Positions 38,331 through 47,651 of a stretch of 64,000 nt of DNA are shown here, in pieces. The position numbers were made by a program, and so were the translations under genes. The notes under the pieces are model-generated. The model did no database searches and had not been told where the DNA came from. It was given only the letters and a program-made list of their open reading frames with translations. The DNA lies in the NCBI GenBank assembly GCA_036675025.1, contig JAKFFN010000054.1, forward strand, positions 11,673 through 75,672, given 5' to 3'. This DNA comes from Candidatus Sumerlaeales bacterium. Its GTDB lineage: Bacteria; Sumerlaeota; Sumerlaeia; Sumerlaeales; Sumerlaeaceae. How positions within the stretch are numbered: the first letter of the stretch is position 1; the number at the start of each line of letters is the position of its first letter.

Positions 38331-39860
38331 TTGTTTAAGCTGTTCCAGTTTTTTATGAATCTACCCACGTACCTGTTACAGGGGTTACTACTTGTTTACC
38401 TTGTGGTGGCCGTGCCGGTACGGGCGCTATACTGGCGGCTTCGGCTGATCGGAAAACCTGCATCGATGCGCGACCCGGCTAATCGTCATTTTGATGTCAT
38501 GTGTTTCAGCCATGTGCCCTGGAGCCATATCTGGCAGCGCAATCACCACACCATGACCCGCCTGGCCCAAAACCGAAAAGTTGTCTACTTTCAAACGACG
38601 AGCATCGCTTACCTTCACTGGTTCGTAAGGCACTGGCCCCACGCCTACAAAGAGTTTTACAACAGCTTTCCTTCCGTTCAGCTCGTGTATCCCCTTATGT
38701 TTCCCGGGCAGACGAAGCTTCCGTTCATCGGTTGGCTGAACCGTTGGCTGCTAACAACGGAAATGCGCTGGCTTGAGTACAAGGATGGTCTGCAGAACAC
38801 CGTGCTTTGGTTTTATTACCCGGGGACGGTTAATGTACTGGATACGTTCAAGCCTGCTGCCGTTGTGTATGACATCCAGGATGAATACACAGCCTTTGAC
38901 TGGTCGCCTGGTGATATTGCCCGGCGCGAGCAGCGCCTTATCGACCAGGCTGACGTCATTTTTGCCGGGACTCATGCGCTGTACGAGCGTAAGACCCAGG
39001 GCTTTAAAGGCAGCGCCTACTTCTACCCCTGCGCTGTGGAGTTCTCCCACTTCCATGCGGCCGCATCGCGATTCGATGATGCTTTCTTTCAGCAGCACCC
39101 GGAAATTTCTCCTGAAGCTGCCGAAACCATTCGCCGGATTACAGCAGCGTTCCAGGAATCTGGAGAAACCTTTGGTACCGTCTCCGCTCCCGCGGCTGTT
39201 TCGGGTCCATCGTCCAAAGAGAAATACGCGGTCGCGCGGGTTTCGCCCCGTTATCTCGAGCGCGCCAGCGGCGGTAGCGTTTTGCGTGAACCGCAGGACC
39301 TGCGCGAATTCGGGCGTCCGCGCCTGATTTATGTCGGGCTTATCGACAAGCGAATTGACCCTGACCTGCTGGCCCATCTCGGGCAGGCACATCCGGAATG
39401 GGAAATCATCATGGTAGGCCCGGTGGACGAAAACTTATTTGACCAGCAGTCAGTAGAGCAGGCCGCGCCGAACGTCCATTTCCTGGGATCAGTGAAGTAC
39501 CAACTTTTGCCTCCCTACCTTGCCAATTGCGATGTTTACCTGATGCCCTGGAAGGTGAACGACCTCACCCGGCACATTAATCCGACCAAGACACTGGAGT
39601 ATATGGCCGCCGGGCGACCTGTAGTGAGCATCAGCCTGCCTGACCTGGAAAACCTCTTTGCCGACAGCGTCTGCCTGGCAACGACTCCGGAAGAATTTGT
39701 GCAGGAATGCGAAGCCGCGCTCAGCGGAGAGCGGTGGGATAAAGTGGCGCGCGGCCTCGACCGCGCGTGGTCATTCGCATGGTCAACAGTAGTGCACGAG
39801 ATGGAAGAGCATGTTTCGGAAGCCATAAATGCAAAAGCCCGCGGGAGCCGAAACCAATGA
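38331..39860 (+). CDS. Glycosyltransferase family 1/4-like (GT-B fold)
   Basis: The C-terminal block FLGSVKYQLLPPYLANCDVYLMPW...PTKTLEYMAAGRPVVS is the typical GT1/GT4 nucleotide-sugar-binding region. An N-terminal TM segment is present. A TTG start at 38331 lies 6 nt after AGGAG. Confidence 0.65.
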   Translation: MFKLFQFFMNLPTYLLQGLLLVYLVVAVPVRALYWRLRLIGKPASMRDPANRHFDVMCFSHVPWSHIWQRNHHTMTRLAQNRKVVYFQTTSIAYLHWFVRHWPHAYKEFYNSFPSVQLVYPLMFPGQTKLPFIGWLNRWLLTTEMRWLEYKDGLQNTVLWFYYPGTVNVLDTFKPAAVVYDIQDEYTAFDWSPGDIARREQRLIDQADVIFAGTHALYERKTQGFKGSAYFYPCAVEFSHFHAAASRFDDAFFQQHPEISPEAAETIRRITAAFQESGETFGTVSAPAAVSGPSSKEKYAVARVSPRYLERASGGSVLREPQDLREFGRPRLIYVGLIDKRIDPDLLAHLGQAHPEWEIIMVGPVDENLFDQQSVEQAAPNVHFLGSVKYQLLPPYLANCDVYLMPWKVNDLTRHINPTKTLEYMAAGRPVVSISLPDLENLFADSVCLATTPEEFVQECEAALSGERWDKVARGLDRAWSFAWSTVVHEMEEHVSEAINAKARGSRNQ

Positions 39861-39861
39861 G

Positions 39862-41091
39862 ATGGGGTGCACTTTAGCCTCTATGGAATCTGCGGGGGAA
39901 AAACAGGTGTTCGTTTTCGAGAGCGAAAACGGGCTGCATTGGAAAGAAACACATAAGCACCGGCCTTTCTACCAGATGCCGCGTGGAGATATGTTCTGGT
40001 TCATACTAGGACATTTACTTCTTCTGCCCCTGGCATTGCTGGTGCTGATTGCTACGTTCCTGTGTCTGCCACTATACTATGTCTGGGGCAAGTTGAAGTT
40101 TCAGCGGGCGGCTCAAAAGGTATTCCATCCGGAGGCGCAGCACATCCTTGATACTCCCGGCGTTAACGATGCGTTTATCTTCGGTGCCCGGGACGAAGCT
40201 CGACCCTATGTATCTGTGGTCATACCTTTCTATAACAGGGAGGAACTTGTAGATTGGGCAGTAGGGAGTGTATTGCGATCCGCGGTTCCCATGACCATGG
40301 AAGTGGAAATTATTGCTGTTGATAATGGATCAACAGACAACACGGTAGAACAACTGAAGCGTCACCCCATCCGAATAGTCCATTGCGCCGAACGAGGACC
40401 CGGCGCTGCTCGAAATGCTGGTATTGCGGCATCGCGCGGTGAGATTGTTGTTTTTACCGACAGCGATTGCCTATGTGAATCCGACTGGCTGATGCGCCTG
40501 GTAAGACCTTTTGTTGATCCGAAGATGCTGATCACCGGGGGCAACATCTTTAGCCTGTTTCAGGATGACTTTGTCGCCACGTTCACAGACAAAATCGGCA
40601 TCCTGAACAACCGGCGATTCTTTGCCGGCTCCGCCTATTTCCCGCGATTCTTTGCCACTGCTAATGCTGCCTATCGGCGCAGCGCCTTGAATACCGTGGG
40701 TGGGTTTGACAATAACCTTTGGATGAGTGAAGATGCTGACCTCGCGTGGCGAGTGCTGGAACTTGGCGGCAAAATGGCCTATGTTGACAATGCCGTAATC
40801 TACCACCAGCACCGCAATACGCTGCGGGGTCTGTTTTCTCAGGCCATCGACTACGGTAGCGCCTCCGTGGCTATTTTTGCAAAACACCGTTCCAGGCTGG
40901 AGGCGACTGCCGCACTTTCCTGGAGAAACGTCCGCGAAATTGCCTGGTCACCGTTTGCCCTAATTGTCGATCCGTTTGTTGCAAAGGACGCCTTTGGCAA
41001 AAAGCAGGAGTTCTTTTATCTCCTCTGGCGCCTGGGCTTTACCATAGGTACGATACGCGAATGCATCCGGCGGAAGGTGTTCTTCGTCTAA
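39862..41091 (+). CDS. Glycosyltransferase family 2 (GT-A fold) membrane protein
   Basis: VSVVIPFYNREELVD...IIAVDNGSTDNT...FTDSDC carries the DxD region. An N-terminal TM helix is present. The ATG at 39862 directly follows the upstream stop; the track's 39829 start overlaps the previous gene. Confidence 0.7.
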   Translation: MGCTLASMESAGEKQVFVFESENGLHWKETHKHRPFYQMPRGDMFWFILGHLLLLPLALLVLIATFLCLPLYYVWGKLKFQRAAQKVFHPEAQHILDTPGVNDAFIFGARDEARPYVSVVIPFYNREELVDWAVGSVLRSAVPMTMEVEIIAVDNGSTDNTVEQLKRHPIRIVHCAERGPGAARNAGIAASRGEIVVFTDSDCLCESDWLMRLVRPFVDPKMLITGGNIFSLFQDDFVATFTDKIGILNNRRFFAGSAYFPRFFATANAAYRRSALNTVGGFDNNLWMSEDADLAWRVLELGGKMAYVDNAVIYHQHRNTLRGLFSQAIDYGSASVAIFAKHRSRLEATAALSWRNVREIAWSPFALIVDPFVAKDAFGKKQEFFYLLWRLGFTIGTIRECIRRKVFFV

Positions 41092-41251
41092 ACAGAAACT
41101 CCCGGCAATTTGATGTCAGAAGCACGCGAGCCGCCATATCACTGGCTGACTCGCCATCGGGAGCGCTTGCATATGTGATGTGCGCACGTGTCTAATTAAG
41201 TACGTTACAATTTTGATTGCCTTGCTGATTCTGGCTTCTAGAAAGTCCTTC

Positions 41252-42565
41252 GTGTTTAAAAAGAAAACCTCCCCGATTGCGTCCGCCGATACAGCGATAA
41301 GTCGGCGCGATATGCTCAAGCTGACGGCCACTGCTGCCCTCGGCTTCACAATTGTCCCTCGCCACGTTCTCGGCGGCCCCGGCTATACGCCGCCTAGTGA
41401 AACTCTCACCCGCGGCATTATTGGTTGCGGCACGATGGGACAAAGTCATCTCACTTACAACTATGGCCCCATCCTCGGATTGTGCGATGTGGACAGCGAG
41501 CACCTTTCAAACACGCTGGCCAAGGTGCATGAGAATGAAGGAAAGACCGCGAAAGGGTATCGCGATTTTCGCGAGATGCTTGAGCGGGATGATATCGACA
41601 TCGTTCACGTTGTAACGCCGCCCCACTGGCATGCTGCCATGGCTATTGCCGTGGCCGAAAGCGGCAAAGACGTCTGGTGTGAAAAGCCGATGACGCGCAC
41701 GATCGGTGAAGGTAAAAAAGTGGTGGAAGCGATCCGCCGCACGGGCCGTATGCTGCGGGTCAACACGTGGTTCCGCTACCAGGGCAACTGGTATGGAGCA
41801 GGGACGACCGCTGCACCGCTGAAGAAGCTGGTGGATAGCGGGCTGCTGGGCTGGCCTTTGAAGTTTAACCTGGGTATGAGCACCGGCTTTGACTGGAAGT
41901 TTGAAAACTGGTCGGGAATTCCCGGTCTGAAGGAAGAACCGGTGCCCGCGCAACTGGACTATGATATGTGGCTGGGGCCCGCGCCCTACAAGCCATATAA
42001 CAGTCAGCGTGTGCACAAGAACTTCCGCGGCTACTGGGATTACGACGGTGGCGGCCTGGGCGATATGGGCCAACATTACCTGGACCCGGTTCAGTACCTG
42101 CTCGGGAAAGACAACACCAGCCCGGTAGAGATTGAGGCAGATTCCGTGCAGCAGCACCCGGAAGCTGTGCTTCCTTTCAGAGAGATTCGCATGAAGTATG
42201 CAGACGGTTGCGAGATCATCCTCGACGGTGGCCCCCGCCGCAAAGGTGTAGCCCTGCTAGAAGGCCCCAATGGAAAGCTCTTCCGGGATTTCGAATCCGA
42301 TATTCCGGACCTGCGAAAGAAACTGGAAGCATTCCCGGAGCCGGAACCGATGCTTGGCGAATTTCCCGATGCTGTTCGCACACGGCAGAAATTCTGCCTG
42401 AACGAAGAGAATGGCCACCGATCATGCACCCTGATCAACCTGGCAAAAATCGCAACGCGAACCCTTCGCCCGATGCGGTTCGATCCGGACAAGCAGCTCT
42501 TCATCAACGATGAGCAGGCAAATCAATTGATTGATCAGCCAATGCGGGCGCCCTGGGCCATTTAA
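41252..42565 (+). CDS. TAT-exported Gfo/Idh/MocA-family oxidoreductase (periplasmic glycoside/sugar dehydrogenase-like), paralog 1
   Basis: I propose a GTG start at 41252, giving MFKKKTSPIASADTAISRRDMLKLTATAALGFTIVP with a twin-arginine motif. The Rossmann motif IIGCGTMGQSH and the Gfo/Idh/MocA C-terminal alpha/beta domain are present. Confidence 0.8.
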   Translation: MFKKKTSPIASADTAISRRDMLKLTATAALGFTIVPRHVLGGPGYTPPSETLTRGIIGCGTMGQSHLTYNYGPILGLCDVDSEHLSNTLAKVHENEGKTAKGYRDFREMLERDDIDIVHVVTPPHWHAAMAIAVAESGKDVWCEKPMTRTIGEGKKVVEAIRRTGRMLRVNTWFRYQGNWYGAGTTAAPLKKLVDSGLLGWPLKFNLGMSTGFDWKFENWSGIPGLKEEPVPAQLDYDMWLGPAPYKPYNSQRVHKNFRGYWDYDGGGLGDMGQHYLDPVQYLLGKDNTSPVEIEADSVQQHPEAVLPFREIRMKYADGCEIILDGGPRRKGVALLEGPNGKLFRDFESDIPDLRKKLEAFPEPEPMLGEFPDAVRTRQKFCLNEENGHRSCTLINLAKIATRTLRPMRFDPDKQLFINDEQANQLIDQPMRAPWAI

Positions 42566-42612
42566 TCGGGCCGGGCGTGCAACGAGTTTCATAATTAACG
42601 TGGAGGTTGTCA

Positions 42613-43899
42613 ATGAGTGACAACAGGATGAGTCGCCGTGATCTGCTGAAAGCTGGCGCTGCCGCCGCTCTCGGGTTCACTATCGTGCCTCGCCATGTAC
42701 TTGGCGGGCCCGGCTACACGCCGCCCAGTGAACAGATCACCCGGGCCATCATTGGCACAGGCGGCATGGGCCGCGGGCACATTAATTACGATCTCGGTCC
42801 CCTGCTTGCAGTGTGCGACGTCGACCAAAACCATCTAAAACTGGCCCTTGAGCAGGCGAAGAACAAGGGCTATGATAAGGTTGACGCTTACACCGACTGG
42901 CGCGAGGTGATCGAACGAAAAGACGTAGACCTGGTCCACATTCCGACTCCCCCGCACTGGCACGCCGTAATGGGTATCGCTGCTGCAAACGCCGGCAAGG
43001 ATATCTGGGGTGAAAAACCTATGTCGCGCACCATCGGCGATGGCCTCGCCCTGGCTGATGCCATCAAGCGCAACGGCCGGATCTTCCGCGTGAACACCTA
43101 CTGGCGCTATGAACGCGTTTTCTTCGGCCTGGGTGCCCCGGTAAAGCAGATCAAGAAGCTTGTGCAAAGCGGATTACTTGGCTGGCCGGTTAAAGTTTAC
43201 CTGGGCGAAGTCCACGGGTTTGAGTGGAAGACTTTTGCCTGGGCTGGCGATCCGACGCTGGGCGAGGAAGCGGTGCCGCCTGAGTTGGATTACGATATGT
43301 GGCTTGGGCCAGCGCCTTACAAGCCCTATCACAGCCAGCGCGTGCACATGAAATTCCGCGGGTACTGGGATTACGATGGCGGTGGACTGGGCGACCAGGC
43401 GCAGCACTTCGTCGATCCAGTCCAGTATATCCTGGGCAAAGACGACACCAGCCCGGTGGAAGCCTGGGCAGACGCCCATGAGCAGCACCCATACGCTGTG
43501 CGTCCGTTCCGCAAGGTAACCCTTCGCTACGCCGACGGCTGCGAAATCATTATCGACGCGGAAATGAGTGATCCCGACACGCCGATGTTTGAAGGGCCCG
43601 AAGGCAAAGTTCTCAGCAACTTCCGCTGCACGGTTCCAAACTGGGAGAAAAAGCTGGCGGAACTGCCAGACCCGGCGCCTCTGAACGATGACTTCAAGCA
43701 GTGCATCCTGAACCGTCAGCCGTTCTGCCTGAACGAGCAGGTCAGCCATCGCACCTGCACGATCATTAACCTGGCGAAGGCCGCGGTACGCACTGGCCGC
43801 CACCTGCGCTTCGATCCGGATAAGTACGAATTCATAGATGACCCGCAGGCGAACATGCTGGTACACGAGCCAATGCGTGCCCCGTGGTCATTAACATAA
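42613..43899 (+). CDS. TAT-exported Gfo/Idh/MocA-family oxidoreductase, paralog 2 (tandem duplicate of the upstream gene)
   Basis: GGAGG lies 6 nt before the ATG at 42613. The sequence MSDNRMSRRDLLKAGAAAALGFTIVPRHVLGGPGYTPPSE is near-identical to paralog 1 over long stretches (PPHWHA, YWDYDGGGLGD, FRVNT). Confidence 0.8.
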   Translation: MSDNRMSRRDLLKAGAAAALGFTIVPRHVLGGPGYTPPSEQITRAIIGTGGMGRGHINYDLGPLLAVCDVDQNHLKLALEQAKNKGYDKVDAYTDWREVIERKDVDLVHIPTPPHWHAVMGIAAANAGKDIWGEKPMSRTIGDGLALADAIKRNGRIFRVNTYWRYERVFFGLGAPVKQIKKLVQSGLLGWPVKVYLGEVHGFEWKTFAWAGDPTLGEEAVPPELDYDMWLGPAPYKPYHSQRVHMKFRGYWDYDGGGLGDQAQHFVDPVQYILGKDDTSPVEAWADAHEQHPYAVRPFRKVTLRYADGCEIIIDAEMSDPDTPMFEGPEGKVLSNFRCTVPNWEKKLAELPDPAPLNDDFKQCILNRQPFCLNEQVSHRTCTIINLAKAAVRTGRHLRFDPDKYEFIDDPQANMLVHEPMRAPWSLT

Positions 43900-43984
43900 C
43901 TGCCAACCCCCTTGCCTGCCGTACCTGCAGGGCATCTGCGGTTACAAAACTTTTTCTAAGCACACTTAAAGGAATGTCTCGATA

Positions 43985-46900
43985 ATGAAAAACAAGCGAT
44001 TGATCAGCCTGGCGCTCGGACTTCTTCCGGCCGTTATCATGGGCCAGGACCTGGATCTTACTCCCGCGCAGCAAAAGCTGGTTGATGAAATTCCGGCAGA
44101 CAAAGCCGAGCGTGCGCAGGAAATTTTTACCGCACTGGGTGAGGACGCCAAAGAACTCGTACCGATGTTTGCCTCCAAACTCACTACCGAGAAAAGTGAT
44201 GCCGATACCACGGCGCGCTATGCGCTGGGTGGCCTTGTCTGGACCATCGGGAAAAGCGGATCGGAAGCTCAGAAACAGGAATTAGCGAACCTGATCGCCG
44301 ATGCCATCGAATCGACCGAGGGCACCGAACCAAAGTCATTCCTTGTCGAGCAGCTCCAGTACCTTGCGGTTGATTCCATTTCGCCAAAGCTGTATCCGCT
44401 GATGACGGACAAGGAACTCGGGTCGCGCGCCATCCGCACATTGACGGCGCTTCGCCCGGAAGGGCTGGCGGATAAAATGGTAGCGGCCCTGGCAGATGCT
44501 CCTACTACCGAAACGCGCGCGGGGCTGCTGCAGTCGCTGGCCCAGCTTGCGCCGAAAAACGGCGTAGAACAGATCAGCACGTATGCTTCAGATTCTGACG
44601 CCGCCGTAAAGGAAGCCGCCCTGGACGCACTGGCTGCAATCGGCGATCCAAAATCGCGAGCAACGTTGAAGGCTGCCGCGGAAGAATCCGCAACATTCTA
44701 TGAGCAGCTTGGAGCCGCCCGTTATCTTGACTACGCGCTAAGCCTGGCCAAAAATAACCAGGCAGACCTGGCTGTCGAAGTTTCCCAGGATGTTCTGAAG
44801 ATGGAGCACACTACGGCCACGGTTCACTTGAAGGGTCTCGCGCTTACTGCGCTGACGGACATCCAGAAGAACCAGGCTCTCGATACCCTTTTTCAGCATG
44901 TGACGGATGACGAAGAAGATGTGCGCGCCATTGCGCTTCGGAATATCAACCGGTTTGAAGACGCGCAGGTAACGGCCCGGGTACTTGAGGAGTTGCAGAA
45001 GGCTCCTGACCAGGAAGTTACGCTGGCGATCCTGCTGGCACTTGGCGACCGCGGCGATGCCTCGGCGCTGCCGGCCATCACGGCCCTGTTTGCCAACGAA
45101 GACGCGGCAGTTGCCACTGCGGCAATTGCGGCGGCAGGAGAAATTGATCGTTCCAAAGCGCTGTCAGCCTTGATTGAAGCCCTAAAGGCAGAACAGGACA
45201 AGGCTGTTATCGACGCCATTGTAGCAGAACTTCGCCGCGTAAAGAGCGAGCAGCTTGTACCGGCAGTAGCCGGCGCCATTGCTTCCGCTGAAACTGCCGG
45301 CAAAGTCGCCCTGATCGAGCTACTCGGAGAGCGCCGGGCTTCCACGCAAAAGGAAGTGGTGTTTACGGCGGCAAAGTCCGAAGACGCAAAGGTTCGCTCT
45401 GCCGCCTATGATGCTCTTGGCCGTGTGGCAGAAGCCGCTGACCTGGATCGCCTGCGCGACATGATGCTCTCTGCAGAATCGAGCAGCGACCGCAATTCCG
45501 CACGCAAGGCGTTCGTCGCAGCAGCTCGCGAATCCGGCGATGCCGCCGCACGCTCTGCCCTGTTAATAGAATCCTTTGAGGCGGCTACCCCCGCTGGCAA
45601 AGAAGCATTGCTGGACGCCATGGCAGCCCTGGCAGACAAGCAAACCCTTCAACTGGCCATTGACACAGCTTCAACCAGCGAGACTCCGGCCCTGCAGGAT
45701 GCTGCTGTCCGAGCTCTTTCAGCATGGCAAAGCCAGGACGCCGCACCGGCGCTTCTGGATATTGCACAAAAGTCGAAAGAGCAAAAGCACCAGGTGCTGG
45801 CCGTACGTGGCTATGCCCGCCTGGCGGGTGAAGTGAAAGACGCTCCTGAACAGCAGATCGAGATGTTCCGGAACGCTTTGAAGTTTGCCAAGCGCGACGA
45901 AGAAAAGAAGACAATCCTCTCACAGCTGGGTGATATCAAAACTACTGAAGCTCTTAAGCTTGTGGGGCCTTACGTGGACCGCGAAGGTGTAAAAGCTGAG
46001 GCCGCCGCAGCTGCTGTAAAGATCGCGCTGCCCAAGGGCCGCAACGACACGGGCATCAGGGGTGCCGTAGCCGCAGACATCCTGGAACGCGCCCTGCCAG
46101 CCATCACAGATGAAAAGCAGCACAAGGAAGTCCGCGACTACATCTATTCCGTCGTGAACGACATTGCCATGGTAAAGCTGCCGGAAGATTCGGAAGGCTT
46201 CGGCAGCCTGTTCAATGGAACTGATTTATCCGGCTGGTGCGGTGATACCGACGGCTACGCGGTAGAAGACGGCGTGCTCGTCTGTAAAGCGGAGAGCGGC
46301 GGCAAGCTTTTTTCTGAAAAGCAATTCGGCGACTATGTACTTCGGTTCGAGTTCAAGATGCCAGCGGGTGCTAACAACGGCGTCGGCATCCGCACGCCCA
46401 TTGCTGGTGATCCGGCCTACTCCGGCATGGAGGTTCAGATTCTCGATGACAAAGACGAGCAATATAAAGATATCAAAGACTGGCAGCGCCACGGCTCCGT
46501 TTATGGCATTGCTCCCTCCCAGGGCGCAGAGCTGAAGATTGGCGAATGGAACACCGAAGAGATTTCAGTGATCGGCCGCAACATCAAGGTTACGGTTAAC
46601 GGCAAAGTGGTGACGGAAGTAAACCTGGACGAAGCTGAGAAGGCTGGCTTTCCCAGCGGCAAAGAACACCCGGGCGTAAAACGCAACCGCGGACACATTG
46701 GTTTTCTGGGTCATGGTCACAAAGTAGAATTCCGCAATATCCGCATCAAGAACGTTGCCAATGAAGCGGTGCCGGAAGGCTTCACCAATCTGTTCAATGG
46801 TGAAAACCTCGACGGCTGGAAGGGCCTTGTTGCCAACCCCATCAAGCGCAAAGAGATGACGCCAGAGGTCCTCAAGCAGGCCCAGGCCAAGGCCGATGAA

Positions 46901-47365
46901 GAGATGGAAGCCCACTGGGAAGCCATTAACGATATTCTCTACTTCGACGGCGAAGGCTCACACATGTGCACCATTAAAGACTACGGCAATTTTGAGATGC
47001 TGGTAGACTGGTGCATCGTTCCCTATGGCGACAACGGCATCTACCTGCGTGGCACGCCGCAGGTTCAGATCTGGGATCCTGCCCAGTGGCCCGTTGGCAG
47101 CGGCGGTCTTTACAATAACAAGGAGCATACGAGCAACCCGCTTGTAATGGCGGACAACCCCATCGGCCAGTGGAACACCTTCCGGATCAAAATGATTGAT
47201 GACAAGGTAACCGTTCACCTGAACGATAAGCTGGTGGTGGACAACGTGGTGCTGGAAAACTACTGGGACCGCAAGTCGCCCATCTTCCCCGTGGAGCAGA
47301 TCGAACTCCAAAGCCACGGCTCCCCCGCCTGGTTCCGTAACATCTATATTAAAGAGCTGCCATAA
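43985..47365 (+). CDS. Large secreted HEAT/PBS-lyase-repeat protein with two C-terminal DUF1080 (3-keto-disaccharide-hydrolase-like, LamG/jelly-roll) domains
   Basis: A signal peptide is present. About 700 aa of alpha-helical HEAT-like repeats follow (LGDRGDASALPAITALF, GDPKSRATL...). Two DUF1080-type blocks follow: FNGTDLSGWCGD...GKLFSEKQFGDYVLRFEFKM...NNGVGIRT... and FNGENLDGWKG...GYLGFLGHGHKVEFRNIRIKEL-type endings. Confidence 0.7.
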   Translation: MKNKRLISLALGLLPAVIMGQDLDLTPAQQKLVDEIPADKAERAQEIFTALGEDAKELVPMFASKLTTEKSDADTTARYALGGLVWTIGKSGSEAQKQELANLIADAIESTEGTEPKSFLVEQLQYLAVDSISPKLYPLMTDKELGSRAIRTLTALRPEGLADKMVAALADAPTTETRAGLLQSLAQLAPKNGVEQISTYASDSDAAVKEAALDALAAIGDPKSRATLKAAAEESATFYEQLGAARYLDYALSLAKNNQADLAVEVSQDVLKMEHTTATVHLKGLALTALTDIQKNQALDTLFQHVTDDEEDVRAIALRNINRFEDAQVTARVLEELQKAPDQEVTLAILLALGDRGDASALPAITALFANEDAAVATAAIAAAGEIDRSKALSALIEALKAEQDKAVIDAIVAELRRVKSEQLVPAVAGAIASAETAGKVALIELLGERRASTQKEVVFTAAKSEDAKVRSAAYDALGRVAEAADLDRLRDMMLSAESSSDRNSARKAFVAAARESGDAAARSALLIESFEAATPAGKEALLDAMAALADKQTLQLAIDTASTSETPALQDAAVRALSAWQSQDAAPALLDIAQKSKEQKHQVLAVRGYARLAGEVKDAPEQQIEMFRNALKFAKRDEEKKTILSQLGDIKTTEALKLVGPYVDREGVKAEAAAAAVKIALPKGRNDTGIRGAVAADILERALPAITDEKQHKEVRDYIYSVVNDIAMVKLPEDSEGFGSLFNGTDLSGWCGDTDGYAVEDGVLVCKAESGGKLFSEKQFGDYVLRFEFKMPAGANNGVGIRTPIAGDPAYSGMEVQILDDKDEQYKDIKDWQRHGSVYGIAPSQGAELKIGEWNTEEISVIGRNIKVTVNGKVVTEVNLDEAEKAGFPSGKEHPGVKRNRGHIGFLGHGHKVEFRNIRIKNVANEAVPEGFTNLFNGENLDGWKGLVANPIKRKEMTPEVLKQAQAKADEEMEAHWEAINDILYFDGEGSHMCTIKDYGNFEMLVDWCIVPYGDNGIYLRGTPQVQIWDPAQWPVGSGGLYNNKEHTSNPLVMADNPIGQWNTFRIKMIDDKVTVHLNDKLVVDNVVLENYWDRKSPIFPVEQIELQSHGSPAWFRNIYIKELP

Positions 47366-47398
47366 TGTTGTCTGCGCCTACGCGCAGGCAACATGGAT

Positions 47399-47424
47399 AA
47401 CGTAGAACGTAGAAAAGTAGAAAG
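47399..47424. repeat. Copy C (inverted) of the TTCTAC(G)TT tandem motif: CGTAGAACGTAGAAAAGTAGAAAG
   Basis: It is the reverse complement of the arrays at 8267-8295 and 56916-56947. It sits 34 bp after the stop of the HEAT/DUF1080 gene, directly before a terminator hairpin. Confidence 0.5.
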
Positions 47425-47463
47425 CGGGCGTTTTCATTGCCGAAGACGCCCGCTCTTTTCGCT
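47423..47463 (+). terminator. Rho-independent terminator of the HEAT/DUF1080 gene
   Basis: AGCGGGCG-ttttcattgccgaaga-CGCCCGCT is followed by CTTTTCGCTT. Confidence 0.5.
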
Positions 47464-47481
47464 TATGTAAGTGGCAATACC

Positions 47482-47598
47482 TGTCCCGTAGGGACAATTA
47501 AGATAGCCCAGGACAAGACGACTTGATCTGTCAGGATCAAGCGCCGCCGTCCTGGGTTAAGACCTCCATAGTTTACCGTCCTGAATGGACGGCTAAAC
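47482..47598. other. Cluster of three to four consecutive perfect hairpins in a convergent intergenic region
   Basis: The first hairpin is TGTCCCgtaGGGACA at 47482-96. The second is nested: outer stem CCCAGGAC at 47507-14 paired with GTCCTGGG at 47549-56, enclosing the inner stem CTTGATC-tgtcag-GATCAAG at 47522-41. The third is GTTTACCGTCC-tgaat-GGACGGCTAAAC at 47571-98. Confidence 0.45.
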
Positions 47599-47651
47599 TG
47601 GATCGTAATGTGGGCAGAAATCGAGCGCCTAAACGTTCAATCGTCCCCGCG

